From Salmonella phage STP-SP2, in the sequence record OR485018.1: a stretch of 32,000 nt of DNA. One strand, written 5' to 3'. Made by a program: the position numbers and the translations under genes. Below, one piece after another: positions 15,752-24,780 of the stretch. Every line of letters starts with the position of its first letter. The first letter of the stretch is position 1. The notes below the pieces were generated by a model. The model was given only the letters and a program-made list of their open reading frames with translations, had not been told where the DNA came from and made no database searches.

Positions 15752-16144
15752 ATGAAAAACCAAAACATTCCTTTTGACCGCGCTACTTCTTCCATCGTTC
15801 TAGTTTATTCTAATGGCGAACGTTATCACGTCGAAGCGGGGCAAGTTAATTTTGATTTGCTGAATTATAACGACGCTTTGCAGGTTACTACCTTTGCTTA
15901 TGATACCGGCAAAGTGGCAAGCCATACAAAAGCAAAAGGCGTTTACGCTGATACTTTGACAGTGCAAACAATTATTATTGATGCGCTTAAATCCGGTTTA
16001 GCGTTTGCAGTTGTTAAGCCGTGTCCGGTCTGCAATCCAGAAGCTAGCGCAATGGTTTATACTTGCGCGGGGATTCGTTCTAGCGTACATGGTGAAGATC
16101 TTAGCTTTATTGGTGACGCGCTAGCGTATGGCCTCACTAATTAA
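15752..16144 (+). CDS. Hypothetical pre-early protein
   Basis: 130-aa ORF, tctggag RBS. Confidence 0.75.
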   Translation: MKNQNIPFDRATSSIVLVYSNGERYHVEAGQVNFDLLNYNDALQVTTFAYDTGKVASHTKAKGVYADTLTVQTIIIDALKSGLAFAVVKPCPVCNPEASAMVYTCAGIRSSVHGEDLSFIGDALAYGLTN

Positions 16145-16160
16145 TAGTTAATTGAACATT

Positions 16161-16188
16161 GCCAGCTAATCTAATATAATTAGCTGGC
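16161..16188. terminator. Intergenic hairpin GCCAGCTAAT-8nt-ATTAGCTGGC
   Basis: 10-bp perfect stem. Confidence 0.55.
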
Positions 16189-16231
16189 AAGATTGAATTA
16201 ATCTAATCCCTTAAATGGAGAACGTAACAAA

Positions 16232-16966
16232 ATGAATAAAGCTATTATGAATCTTTCCCGCAGCTTCCCGCATATTTCCCGCGTCATGATTTGGGATTTA
16301 GACGGCACTATCGTTAATTCTTTCCATCGTGTAGCGCCTTGCTTTGATAATGAGGGCAATTTAGATTTAAATAAATATAAAAATGAAGCCTGCAAACATC
16401 ATTTAATAATGCAAGATACTTTATTGCCATTGGTTGAATATATGCGCCAATGTATGAATGATGCAAATACTTTAAACATTATTTGTACCGCTCGACTAAT
16501 GAGCAAGTCGGACTATTATTATTTGCGTAAACAAGGGTTGCGCGGTCGTGGCGATAGCAATATCCGCGTGTTTTCTCGCGATACACTGCATAAATATTTT
16601 AAAGCTGATAAGGTTAGCGAGATATACCACAGCAAAGACGCAGTATATAAATCTTATTACTTTGAATTATTTAAACAATTATATCCGAACGCTGATTTTA
16701 CAATGATTGATGATCATAAAGGCGTGCTATCAGCGGCGGCATCATACGGATTTAAAACGCTGGATGCGCAAGCCGTTAACGATATTCTATCAATCGGCGT
16801 GGCATTGATAGGTGAAACCTTTATTGATGAATCCCTCGATGATGATAATGATTATCAATTCCTAGCTGATCGTTTGAAATTATGTTGGGAAGGTATGACC
16901 GAGGAAGAACGCGCAGAATATAGTTGCAGCCCGCAACAATACATGGAGAAATTAAAAGTTGCGTAA
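16232..16966 (+). CDS. dmp: 5'(3')-deoxyribonucleotidase, T5 Dmp-like (HAD family)
   Basis: 244 aa; HAD motif I DLDGTIVNS and motif IV-like MIDDHKGV. Confidence 0.85.
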   Translation: MNKAIMNLSRSFPHISRVMIWDLDGTIVNSFHRVAPCFDNEGNLDLNKYKNEACKHHLIMQDTLLPLVEYMRQCMNDANTLNIICTARLMSKSDYYYLRKQGLRGRGDSNIRVFSRDTLHKYFKADKVSEIYHSKDAVYKSYYFELFKQLYPNADFTMIDDHKGVLSAAASYGFKTLDAQAVNDILSIGVALIGETFIDESLDDDNDYQFLADRLKLCWEGMTEEERAEYSCSPQQYMEKLKVA

Positions 16967-16979
16967 TAATTAAAGTTGA

Positions 16980-17018
16980 AATAGTCACGGTGTGTAATGA
17001 TAACATGCCGTGACTATT
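16980..17018. terminator. 11-bp perfect inverted repeat after dmp
   Basis: AATAGTCACGG (16980-16990) / CCGTGACTATT (17008-17018), 17-nt loop. Confidence 0.5.
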
Positions 17019-17117
17019 AGCTTGCTAAGTACCGGGCGGTAATGAGACTCATTCTCATCTGGGAGGCCACTGGACACACCTCCATGTGTAATCTTATGAA
17101 ATTTGGCAAAAGTCAAA

Positions 17118-17363
17118 TTAGCGCATAGAAGGGTCATCAAACCTGTGCTCTGGTCTGAACTCACGGAATCTCTTCCGCGACGCCCGAGATCCATCAGACC
17201 ACTCCCGCTCAAACTCCGCACGTTTCTCGTCAAACTTCCGCTCCCTTTCCGCAATCTCCCGCGTCACCCCCGCGATATATTCCCGATGCTTGTTAATTGC
17301 CGCAGTTGTCCCGAAAACTCCCGCGAGTACCCCGATAATAAAAGCAATTATAATACTAAACAT
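17118..17363 (-). CDS. Small N-terminal-TM protein, charged C-terminus
   Basis: 81 aa, MFSIIIAFIIGVLAGVFGTTAAINK..; overlaps upstream ORF by 8 nt. Confidence 0.7.
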   Translation of the reverse strand: MFSIIIAFIIGVLAGVFGTTAAINKHREYIAGVTREIAERERKFDEKRAEFEREWSDGSRASRKRFREFRPEHRFDDPSMR

Positions 17364-17550
17364 CTAATTCCCTCTCAATTTGCAGAATACGGGTGCTATC
17401 ACAATGTTGCAGTAGTGCTAGCTTTTCTAGAGTAACTTGTTGTTGTTTTACCTGGGCTTCTAGAGTTTTTAGGCGAACGTACACAATACGAGAGGCAATA
17501 AAGATTATCCAAACTAGTATTACTATTAGTGTAATTGCTACCTCCATCAT
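17356..17550 (-). CDS. Small N-terminal-TM protein with coiled-coil-like tail
   Basis: 64 aa, MMEVAITLIVILVWIIFIASRIVYVR.. Confidence 0.7.
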   Translation of the reverse strand: MMEVAITLIVILVWIIFIASRIVYVRLKTLEAQVKQQQVTLEKLALLQHCDSTRILQIERELDV

Positions 17551-17654
17551 TTACGTTTCCCCAATAATAAGGTTTCAATTCTAGCTAAATGATTATCTAA
17601 AATACACTGCCCAATAATCACAATCCCTAGAAGTGCAATAATTACCCATTCCAT
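17547..17654 (-). CDS. Tiny TM protein (MEWVIIALLGIVIIGQCILDNHLARIETLLLGKRK), not in ORF track
   Basis: 35 aa, overlaps both neighbours. Confidence 0.55.
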   Translation of the reverse strand: MEWVIIALLGIVIIGQCILDNHLARIETLLLGKRK

Positions 17655-17791
17655 TAAATCCACCCCGCCATAGCTGCTAACCAAAAACCTACGAAGATTA
17701 GGAATAATACAAAACCAAATCCGTAAATATTAACCCACGCTTCGTACACTTCTCCGCGTCTGTTCTTTCTTTTGTTTGACATATCTTTCAT
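17654..17791 (-). CDS. Tiny TM protein (MKDMSNKRKNRRGEVYEAWVNIYGFGFVLFLIFVGFWLAAMAGWI), not in ORF track
   Basis: 45 aa, ttggag RBS, TAATG overlap with next ORF. Confidence 0.6.
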   Translation of the reverse strand: MKDMSNKRKNRRGEVYEAWVNIYGFGFVLFLIFVGFWLAAMAGWI

Positions 17792-17960
17792 GCTCCAATA
17801 AATATTGGTATTTTAAATTATTTTATAATTTGTGCACAACCAACCATGCTTGTGACTCCCTAGAAGGACTTCTACTTTTCTTACATAGTGGTTTCTGCCA
17901 ATATACCATCCAAAAAATAAAAAATTTAGTTTACTTGGATGTCTTTTTGCTTTATACTAA

Positions 17961-18227
17961 TTACAGGTAGTTAGATTGCTCTAGTTTAAATTTACAATCA
18001 CCATATTTAAGGTCAAACTGACTGAGATCCCACCACCCAAACTTAGTACGGAGCTGTACTACTGGGAAGCGATCTCCCTTAATACGAACTTTTTGAACCT
18101 TAAGGCCGTAATGTTCTTCTCCCGCACCACCAAAAGATTTTACAAATCCAGTACAAAATGGTCTGGGAGCAGGTGCACAACCAGATAACATAACTGCGGC
18201 AACTAGTGCAATCACAAACTTTTTCAT
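17961..18227 (-). CDS. llp: Llp-like lipoprotein (receptor-blocking/superinfection exclusion candidate)
   Basis: Signal peptide with LSGC lipobox, size and position next to the pb5-like gene. Confidence 0.7.
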   Translation of the reverse strand: MKKFVIALVAAVMLSGCAPAPRPFCTGFVKSFGGAGEEHYGLKVQKVRIKGDRFPVVQLRTKFGWWDLSQFDLKYGDCKFKLEQSNYL

Positions 18228-18258
18228 ATTTATCTCTCCATTTCTAATTTATGAATCT

Positions 18259-18287
18259 ATTATAGCAAAATAGAGGGATGAAAGCAA
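18259..18287 (-). promoter_or_regulatory. sigma70-type promoter driving the lipoprotein gene
   Basis: Minus strand TTGCTT (18282-18287), 17-nt spacer, TATAAT (18259-18264). Confidence 0.75.
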
Positions 18288-18312
18288 ATACATTTTTATA
18301 ATAGGAGATTAT

Positions 18313-20070
18313 ATGGGTTTTTTCGCTGGAAAATATAGCGATGGTAAGACCGTACTATCCTTAAATACTGAATCTGGTGGTGATATTAATCGTCACTATA
18401 GTCCAAATGCCAATAGTATTTTTCATAGTGATATGCCATTTGTCCTAGTTGATGGTACTTACGAGGCTGGGTTAGGAAATGCTGGGAATGGGTTTTTTGT
18501 ATGTCAGATGCCCTCTGACATAATAAATATTAAATCCAATGACCCAGGTAGAGTTATACTAACTGCTATTGAGATTAATGGTACTCATAAGGCTTTTCTT
18601 AATGGTACTCAGAGTAAGGTAGGTCAAACTATAGTTGCCACTCAAGCAGATCCTTTTAGATCTTTTGCTAGCGTTTCTCAGACTAGTGGATTTGCATTTG
18701 GTAATAGCCTGGCATCTGGAACATATAACTATAACCCATCTATAGGTCATGAAGAATCTATCTCTAGAAATGGTACTGGTGGAACTACCATACATAGTAC
18801 TTATCATGGTATAGTTAGGCCAGGTGCAGGAGCTCCAGTAGGTATTACTGTTGCAGAGGCCTTTGCACAGTTAGGATTCCCTACTAATAGTAGTACAGTA
18901 CCTATAGATGGGAATAACCAGTACTACTGGGACCCAGGATGGATGTCTCCTTTAGGATCAGCACATAGAGGGCACGATTGGTTCTATGTTTGTAACTCCA
19001 ACATACGTGGGTATGGTGGGGTAAGACAAGGTCTTCCTGGTAATGTAAATACTATGTATCATGATGGGGGTAACAGATTTGTTTGTAGAGGTTCTACAAC
19101 TAATTTAGCTAATCAATCTGGCGATTCTACAATACTACAAGATTGGTATAACATAACTCCTACTAAAGTTATTTGGTATGTTTTGAATTTAAGATATTCT
19201 GGTGGCAATATGAGTATCTCTGGTAATCCTTTTACTGGTTCAGATATTCTTATCTCCCCGTCTAATTTTATTATAAAAGGGGTCAGTTTACCGAATACTG
19301 GATATAAGTTTATCAACCAGAATGCTTTCGGTAACTTAGGTTATAGGCCAGATATGGAATACGTCGGAAATAACGCAGCGTACACCGGAGCCTTTGGAGA
19401 TACCACTGCAAGGTGCGAACTTGTAGGCTCTAGTAACGGGGGTTTATGGTCTCCTGTGGACTATGGAGGGGCTAAGTCTCAAATTAGTATTTATAAATTC
19501 GGAGCTGGTAAGCAATGGTACGTAAACTCAAGTAATAATACTATTGGTAATGAACATGGTGTTGTTTGGGGGCCTTCTTCAGTTCCTCTGAGACTTTTTA
19601 GTGGAAATGTTGGTAGTTCTTACATGGGGGATGATATTACCCCTTACTACCCCGGAACTGGAGATAGATACGTGGCTCTATCTACTATTGGACTAGGAAT
19701 TCCAGGAGGTAATGCTACCGTTATTCTTACTACTGAAGTTATATCTGGTAATCTTAATTGTGCTGGTGTTCCAGCTAACACATGGAATAACGGTGTATTT
19801 CAGGTGCAGGGAAGAAGGGCTTATAGCTATAGTAATGGAGATGCAATATTCCACCAGATTTTAACATTACCTGTAGGTTACTTAGTACCCTTTCATACTA
19901 CATCTGCATTTAGATACACACCTAATAACGCACTAAGTAGAAATAGTTTCATATATACAGTTAAAAATCTAGGAAATGGAAATGTAGAGTTAGGGGTAGT
20001 TATGCACGTAAGTTTAGGTAGTGCGGTTTTCCTACCTAGATTAAGAGTAACAGTTCAACGCCTTACCTAA
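18313..20070 (+). CDS. oad: Receptor-binding tail tip protein, T5 pb5 (Oad)-like
   Basis: [65 protein letters not shown] and C-terminal QRLT resemble recalled T5 pb5. Confidence 0.85.
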
Positions 20071-20080
20071 AGGAGGAAAT

Positions 20081-20563
20081 ATGGCAAATGATGTATTAGT
20101 ACCAGATCTTATGTCCCCTGAAGGGATGGATGTAATTGAAGCATATTTACAGTGTGGCAGCGATGTGCCTTCTGCCGCACGTAGTCTTGGAATGTCCGAA
20201 ATTGCTTTCCGAGATATTATGAATCGTAGTGAAGTTAAGAACTACTTAAATGATATTTTTATGGAGAGCGGTTTCCGTAACAGAGACCGTTTGTTCGGTG
20301 TTCTGGATGAAGTTATTAAGCGTAAGCTGGAGGAACTGGAAGAAACCGGCATGGGTTCTGACCAAGATATTATGGATATTCTCTGGAAAGCACATAAAAT
20401 GAAAATGGAAGAAATGAAAATGATGGTAGAACTGGAGAAAGTGAAGGCAGCAGCCCGTACTCCAGCTAACCAGACCAACATCCAGAATAATATTATTGCT
20501 GGAGCTGGGGATCAAAACTACATGGACTTAATTACTTCCCTAGCTACTGGAGGTAAGAAGTAA
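20081..20563 (+). CDS. terS: Terminase small subunit
   Basis: HTH-like N-terminus ([27 protein letters not shown]), immediately upstream of TerL. Confidence 0.85.
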
Positions 20564-21879
20564 TGGAAGTATCAAGACCCTACGTTAACACGGTAGATGT
20601 TATTGATTTCGGAATAGATAAACGTTTCTTTCGTCTACCCGTTTCAGGAATACTAGCACAAGAAGGTATTACACCTAATGGTCCCCAAATAGCGATTATC
20701 AATGCGCTAGAAGACCCTAGACATCGTTTTGTAACGGCGTGTGTATCACGCCGTGTAGGTAAATCCTTTATAGCATATACACTTGGGTTCCTAAAATTGC
20801 TGGAACCTAACGTGAAGGTGTTGGTAGTTGCTCCTAACTACTCACTGGCCAACATCGGGTGGTCTCAGATTCGTGGTCTTATTAAAAAGTACGGCCTACA
20901 AACCGAACGTGAGAACGCTAAAGATAAAGAGATTGAGCTGGCAAACGGCTCACTGTTTAAACTAGCTTCTGCGGCTCAGGCGGACTCCGCAGTTGGACGT
21001 TCATATGACTTTATCATCTTTGACGAAGCGGCAATTTCTGATGTGGGTGGTGATGCCTTCAGGGTTCAGCTGCGCCCTACTCTAGATAAACCTAATTCTA
21101 AGGCTCTATTTATCTCTACTCCTCGTGGTGGTAACTGGTTTAAAGAGTTTTATGCCTATGGATTTGATGATACATTACCTAACTGGGTATCTATTCATGG
21201 TACATATCGTGATAACCCACGTGCTGACCTGAACGATATTGAGGAAGCACGTCGTACTGTTAGTAAAAACTACTTCCGTCAGGAGTATGAGGCTGACTTC
21301 TCTGTATTTGAAGGTCAGATCTTCGATACCTTTAATGCTATCGATCATGTTAAAGACCTAAAAGGTATGCGTCACTTCTTTAAAGATGATGAAGCCTTTG
21401 AAACGTTGCTCGGTATTGACGTTGGTTATCGTGATCCTACCGCAGTTCTTACTATTAAATATCATTACGATACAGATACTTACTATGTATTAGAAGAGTA
21501 CCAGCAAGCGGAGAAAACCACAGCTCAGCATGCTGCTTATATTCAGCACTGTATAGATCGTTATAGAGTTGATCGTGTTTTTGTTGACTCTGCCGCAGCT
21601 CAGTTCCGCCAGGACTTAGCTTATGAACATGAAATTGCATCAGCTCCAGCTAAAAAATCTGTCCTAGATGGTCTAGCATGTTTACAGGCACTATTCCAAC
21701 AGGGAAAGATTATTGTAGACGCTTCATGCTCTTCATTAATCCATGCATTGCAGAACTACAAGTGGGATTTCCAAGAAGGTGAAGAAAAATTATCACGTGA
21801 AAAACCACGTCATGATGCTAACTCTCACCTTTGTGATGCACTGCGCTATGGAATTTACTCTATTTCCCGTGGTAAATAA
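20563..21879 (+). CDS. terL: Terminase large subunit
   Basis: ATPase SRRVGKSF, Walker B FIIFDEAA, nuclease GIDVGYRDPTAV. Confidence 0.95.
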   Translation: MEVSRPYVNTVDVIDFGIDKRFFRLPVSGILAQEGITPNGPQIAIINALEDPRHRFVTACVSRRVGKSFIAYTLGFLKLLEPNVKVLVVAPNYSLANIGWSQIRGLIKKYGLQTERENAKDKEIELANGSLFKLASAAQADSAVGRSYDFIIFDEAAISDVGGDAFRVQLRPTLDKPNSKALFISTPRGGNWFKEFYAYGFDDTLPNWVSIHGTYRDNPRADLNDIEEARRTVSKNYFRQEYEADFSVFEGQIFDTFNAIDHVKDLKGMRHFFKDDEAFETLLGIDVGYRDPTAVLTIKYHYDTDTYYVLEEYQQAEKTTAQHAAYIQHCIDRYRVDRVFVDSAAAQFRQDLAYEHEIASAPAKKSVLDGLACLQALFQQGKIIVDASCSSLIHALQNYKWDFQEGEEKLSREKPRHDANSHLCDALRYGIYSISRGK

Positions 21880-21891
21880 ATAAGTATAGGA

Positions 21892-21917
21892 TGGGATACT
21901 ACTCAGTTGGTATCCCA
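21892..21917. terminator. Hairpin TGGGATAC-10nt-GTATCCCA after terL
   Basis: 8-bp stem; weak U tract. Confidence 0.45.
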
Positions 21918-21993
21918 TTCCTGCATTTTAAAATCCCCTTTACAAATTCGATACGATTATGTATACTATATTCATACAGTTGAGGAGAACACT

Positions 21994-22431
21994 ATGGCAA
22001 GCAATATAAAATATAAACGCGATGCTATATCCCTTATGAGAGACGGAATAAAAAGTCAATATAAAAAAGACTCTCAATGTGCTATCTGCGGTTGTGCTGA
22101 AGAATTAGAGCTTCATCATTACCATACGGTGTCTCTACTAGTTAAAAAATTTGCTAAAGAACTCCAATTGGATTTCACTGACGAAGAAATAGTCCTTTCA
22201 AATAGGACGGCATTCTATGATCGATATAGGCATGAGCTAGTAGAAGACACTGTTACCCTTTGTGTACACCATCACCAATTATTACATAAGGTTTACACAA
22301 AAGAACCTCCTTTATTTTCTGCTAATAAGCAAAAAGCGTGGGTTCAAAAGCAGAAAGACAAATTACAGAATCCTCAAGAAAAGACACAAGTCAAGACTGA
22401 AACAAAATCAGGATTCGCAAGGTTCTTATAA
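21994..22431 (+). CDS. HNH endonuclease between terL and portal
   Basis: CAICGCAEELELHHYHT..TLCVHHHQLLHKVY; start MASNIKYKRD with gaggag RBS. Confidence 0.85.
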   Translation: MASNIKYKRDAISLMRDGIKSQYKKDSQCAICGCAEELELHHYHTVSLLVKKFAKELQLDFTDEEIVLSNRTAFYDRYRHELVEDTVTLCVHHHQLLHKVYTKEPPLFSANKQKAWVQKQKDKLQNPQEKTQVKTETKSGFARFL

Positions 22432-23648
22432 TGGGTTTTAAAAGCTGGATTACTGAAAAGCTAAATCCGGGTCAACGTATTATAAGAGACATGGAACCAG
22501 TTAGTCATCGCACTAACCGTAAGCCTTTTACCACTGGACAAGCCTACAGTAAAATTGAGATTCTCAATAGAACTGCTAATATGGTTATAGATAGTGCGGC
22601 GGAGTGTTCTTATACTGTCGGAGATAAATATAATATTGTCACGTATGCCAATGGCATCAAGGCAAAGACTCTAGACACTCTCTTAAATGTACGACCTAAT
22701 CCATTCATGGATATAAGCACATTCCGTAGACTTGTAGTCACTGACCTACTTTTTGAAGGTTGTGCATACATCTATTGGGATGGCACAGCACTTTATCATG
22801 TCCCTGCTGCATTAATGCAAGTAGAGGCAGATGCCAATAAGTTTATCAAAAAATTTATATTTAATAACCAGATAGACTATCGCGTAGATGAGATTATCTT
22901 TATAAAGGATAACAGTTACGTGTGTGGCACAAATTCTCAAATTTCTGGACAATCTCGCGTTGCTACTGTTATTGACTCTCTTGAGAAGCGTTCTAAGATG
23001 CTTAACTTTAAAGAGAAGTTTCTCGATAACGGAACCGTGATTGGTCTTATTCTTGAGACGGATGAAATCCTGAACAAGAAATTGCGTGAGCGTAAACAAG
23101 AAGAATTACAACTAGATTATAATCCTAGTACTGGTCAGTCCTCTGTCCTGATTCTAGATGGTGGTATGAAAGCTAAACCGTACTCCCAAATATCCTCTTT
23201 TAAAGATCTAGACTTCAAGGAAGACATTGAAGGATTTAATAAATCTATCTGTCTAGCCTTTGGTGTTCCGCAAGTGTTGCTTGATGGTGGTAATAATGCG
23301 AACATTCGACCAAACATCGAACTGTTCTATTATATGACTATCATTCCTATGCTGAACAAACTGACTAGTTCTCTTACTTTCTTTTTTGGTTATAAGATTA
23401 CTCCTAATACTAAGGAAGTAGCTGCATTAACACCAGATAAAGAAGCTGAGGCTAAACATTTAACCTCATTGGTTAATAATGGTATTATGACTGGTAACGA
23501 GGCTCGTTTAGAGCTGAACCTTGAACCTTTAGATGATGAGCAGATGGATAAGATTCGTATTCCTGCTAACGTTGCTGGTTCTGCAACAGGTGTATCTGGT
23601 CAAGAAGGTGGCAGACCTCAAGGTTCCACCGAGGGAGATAAAGAATGA
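22431..23648 (+). CDS. Portal protein (HK97/T5 type)
   Basis: ..NVRPNPFMDISTFRRLVVTDLLFEGCAYIYW.. typical phage portal; position. Confidence 0.9.
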   Translation: MGFKSWITEKLNPGQRIIRDMEPVSHRTNRKPFTTGQAYSKIEILNRTANMVIDSAAECSYTVGDKYNIVTYANGIKAKTLDTLLNVRPNPFMDISTFRRLVVTDLLFEGCAYIYWDGTALYHVPAALMQVEADANKFIKKFIFNNQIDYRVDEIIFIKDNSYVCGTNSQISGQSRVATVIDSLEKRSKMLNFKEKFLDNGTVIGLILETDEILNKKLRERKQEELQLDYNPSTGQSSVLILDGGMKAKPYSQISSFKDLDFKEDIEGFNKSICLAFGVPQVLLDGGNNANIRPNIELFYYMTIIPMLNKLTSSLTFFFGYKITPNTKEVAALTPDKEAEAKHLTSLVNNGIMTGNEARLELNLEPLDDEQMDKIRIPANVAGSATGVSGQEGGRPQGSTEGDKE

Positions 23649-24127
23649 TTGATTATAATGGTCTAAAGACCATTTTTGGTGAAAAACTACCAGAATCTCA
23701 TATCTTCTTTGCTACGGTTGCTGCGCATAAATATGTTCCTAGCTATGCTTTTCTGCGTAGAGAATTAGGACTTTCATCTGCGCATACTAACCGTAAAGTA
23801 TTGAAGAAATTTGTAGAGGCATATGGTAAAGCAGTTCCTCCTGCCCCACCATTAACTCTTTCTAAAGATTTAACTGCTAGCATGTCCGTTGAAGAGGGAG
23901 CAGCGTTAACCCTTTCTGTTACTGCAACCGGCGGCACGGGTCCTTATACTTACGCATGGACTAAAGATGGTTCTCCTATTCCAGATGCTTCAGGAGCTAC
24001 CTATACTAAGCCTGCAGCAACTACTGATGATTCTGGAGTCTATAAAGTAACGGTTACAGATAGCAAGAAAGTTAGTAAACTTTCTACTGCATGTACAGTA
24101 ACGGTTAATCCAGGTGTTGGAGGCTAA
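23645..24127 (+). CDS. Capsid decoration protein pb10-like with C-terminal Ig-like domain
   Basis: N-terminal helical domain, PPAPPLTLS linker, Ig-like domain; resembles T5 pb10. Confidence 0.85.
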   Translation: MIDYNGLKTIFGEKLPESHIFFATVAAHKYVPSYAFLRRELGLSSAHTNRKVLKKFVEAYGKAVPPAPPLTLSKDLTASMSVEEGAALTLSVTATGGTGPYTYAWTKDGSPIPDASGATYTKPAATTDDSGVYKVTVTDSKKVSKLSTACTVTVNPGVGG

Positions 24128-24130
24128 TAA

Positions 24131-24763
24131 ATGACACAAGCTGCTATTGACTATAACAAGTTAAAATCAGCACCGGTTCATTTAGATGCTTATATTAAGT
24201 CTATTGATAGTGAATCCAAAGAGGGTGTTGTAAAAATCCGTGGATTCGCTAATACAATTAGTAAAGATCGCGCTGGTGATGTAATTCCTGCCTCCGCATG
24301 GAAAACATCCAATGCACTTGCTAACTACATGAAAAACCCGATTATTCTTTTCGGACACGACCATCGTCGTCCAATCGGCAAGTGTATTGATCTTAACCCT
24401 ACTGAAATGGGTCTCGAAATCGAATGCGAGATCTATGAGAGTTCTGATCCGGCTATCTTTTCACTAATTAAAAACGGTGTACTGAAAACTTTTAGTATCG
24501 GATTCCGCTGCCTAGATGCAGAATGGGATGAAGCTACTGATATATTTATTATTAAAGATTTAGAACTATACGAAGTTTCGGTAGTTTCTGTACCTTGTAA
24601 TCAGGACTCAACATTCAATCTTGCTAAGAGTATGAATGGTCATGATTATACTGAATGGCGTAAATCTTTTACTGCAATAAGTTCTAAAGCTGTCCCAGCT
24701 CAAGAACGTAATCTTTCTGAACTAGAAAAACTTGCGATAGCTTTAGGCTACGTTAAAGAATAA
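24131..24763 (+). CDS. Prohead protease
   Basis: ..VKIRGFANTISKDRAGDVI..PIILFGHDHRRPIGKCIDL.. HK97-type protease motifs. Confidence 0.9.
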   Translation: MTQAAIDYNKLKSAPVHLDAYIKSIDSESKEGVVKIRGFANTISKDRAGDVIPASAWKTSNALANYMKNPIILFGHDHRRPIGKCIDLNPTEMGLEIECEIYESSDPAIFSLIKNGVLKTFSIGFRCLDAEWDEATDIFIIKDLELYEVSVVSVPCNQDSTFNLAKSMNGHDYTEWRKSFTAISSKAVPAQERNLSELEKLAIALGYVKE

Positions 24764-24780
24764 CGGAGAATTATTTAAAA

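Noticed and set aside
22812-23099. Minus-strand ORFs within late genes (22812-23099, 25518-26109, 26704-27141, 29058-29396, 31509-31823)
   Set aside because: Antisense to well-supported structural genes on the + strand; no independent evidence.
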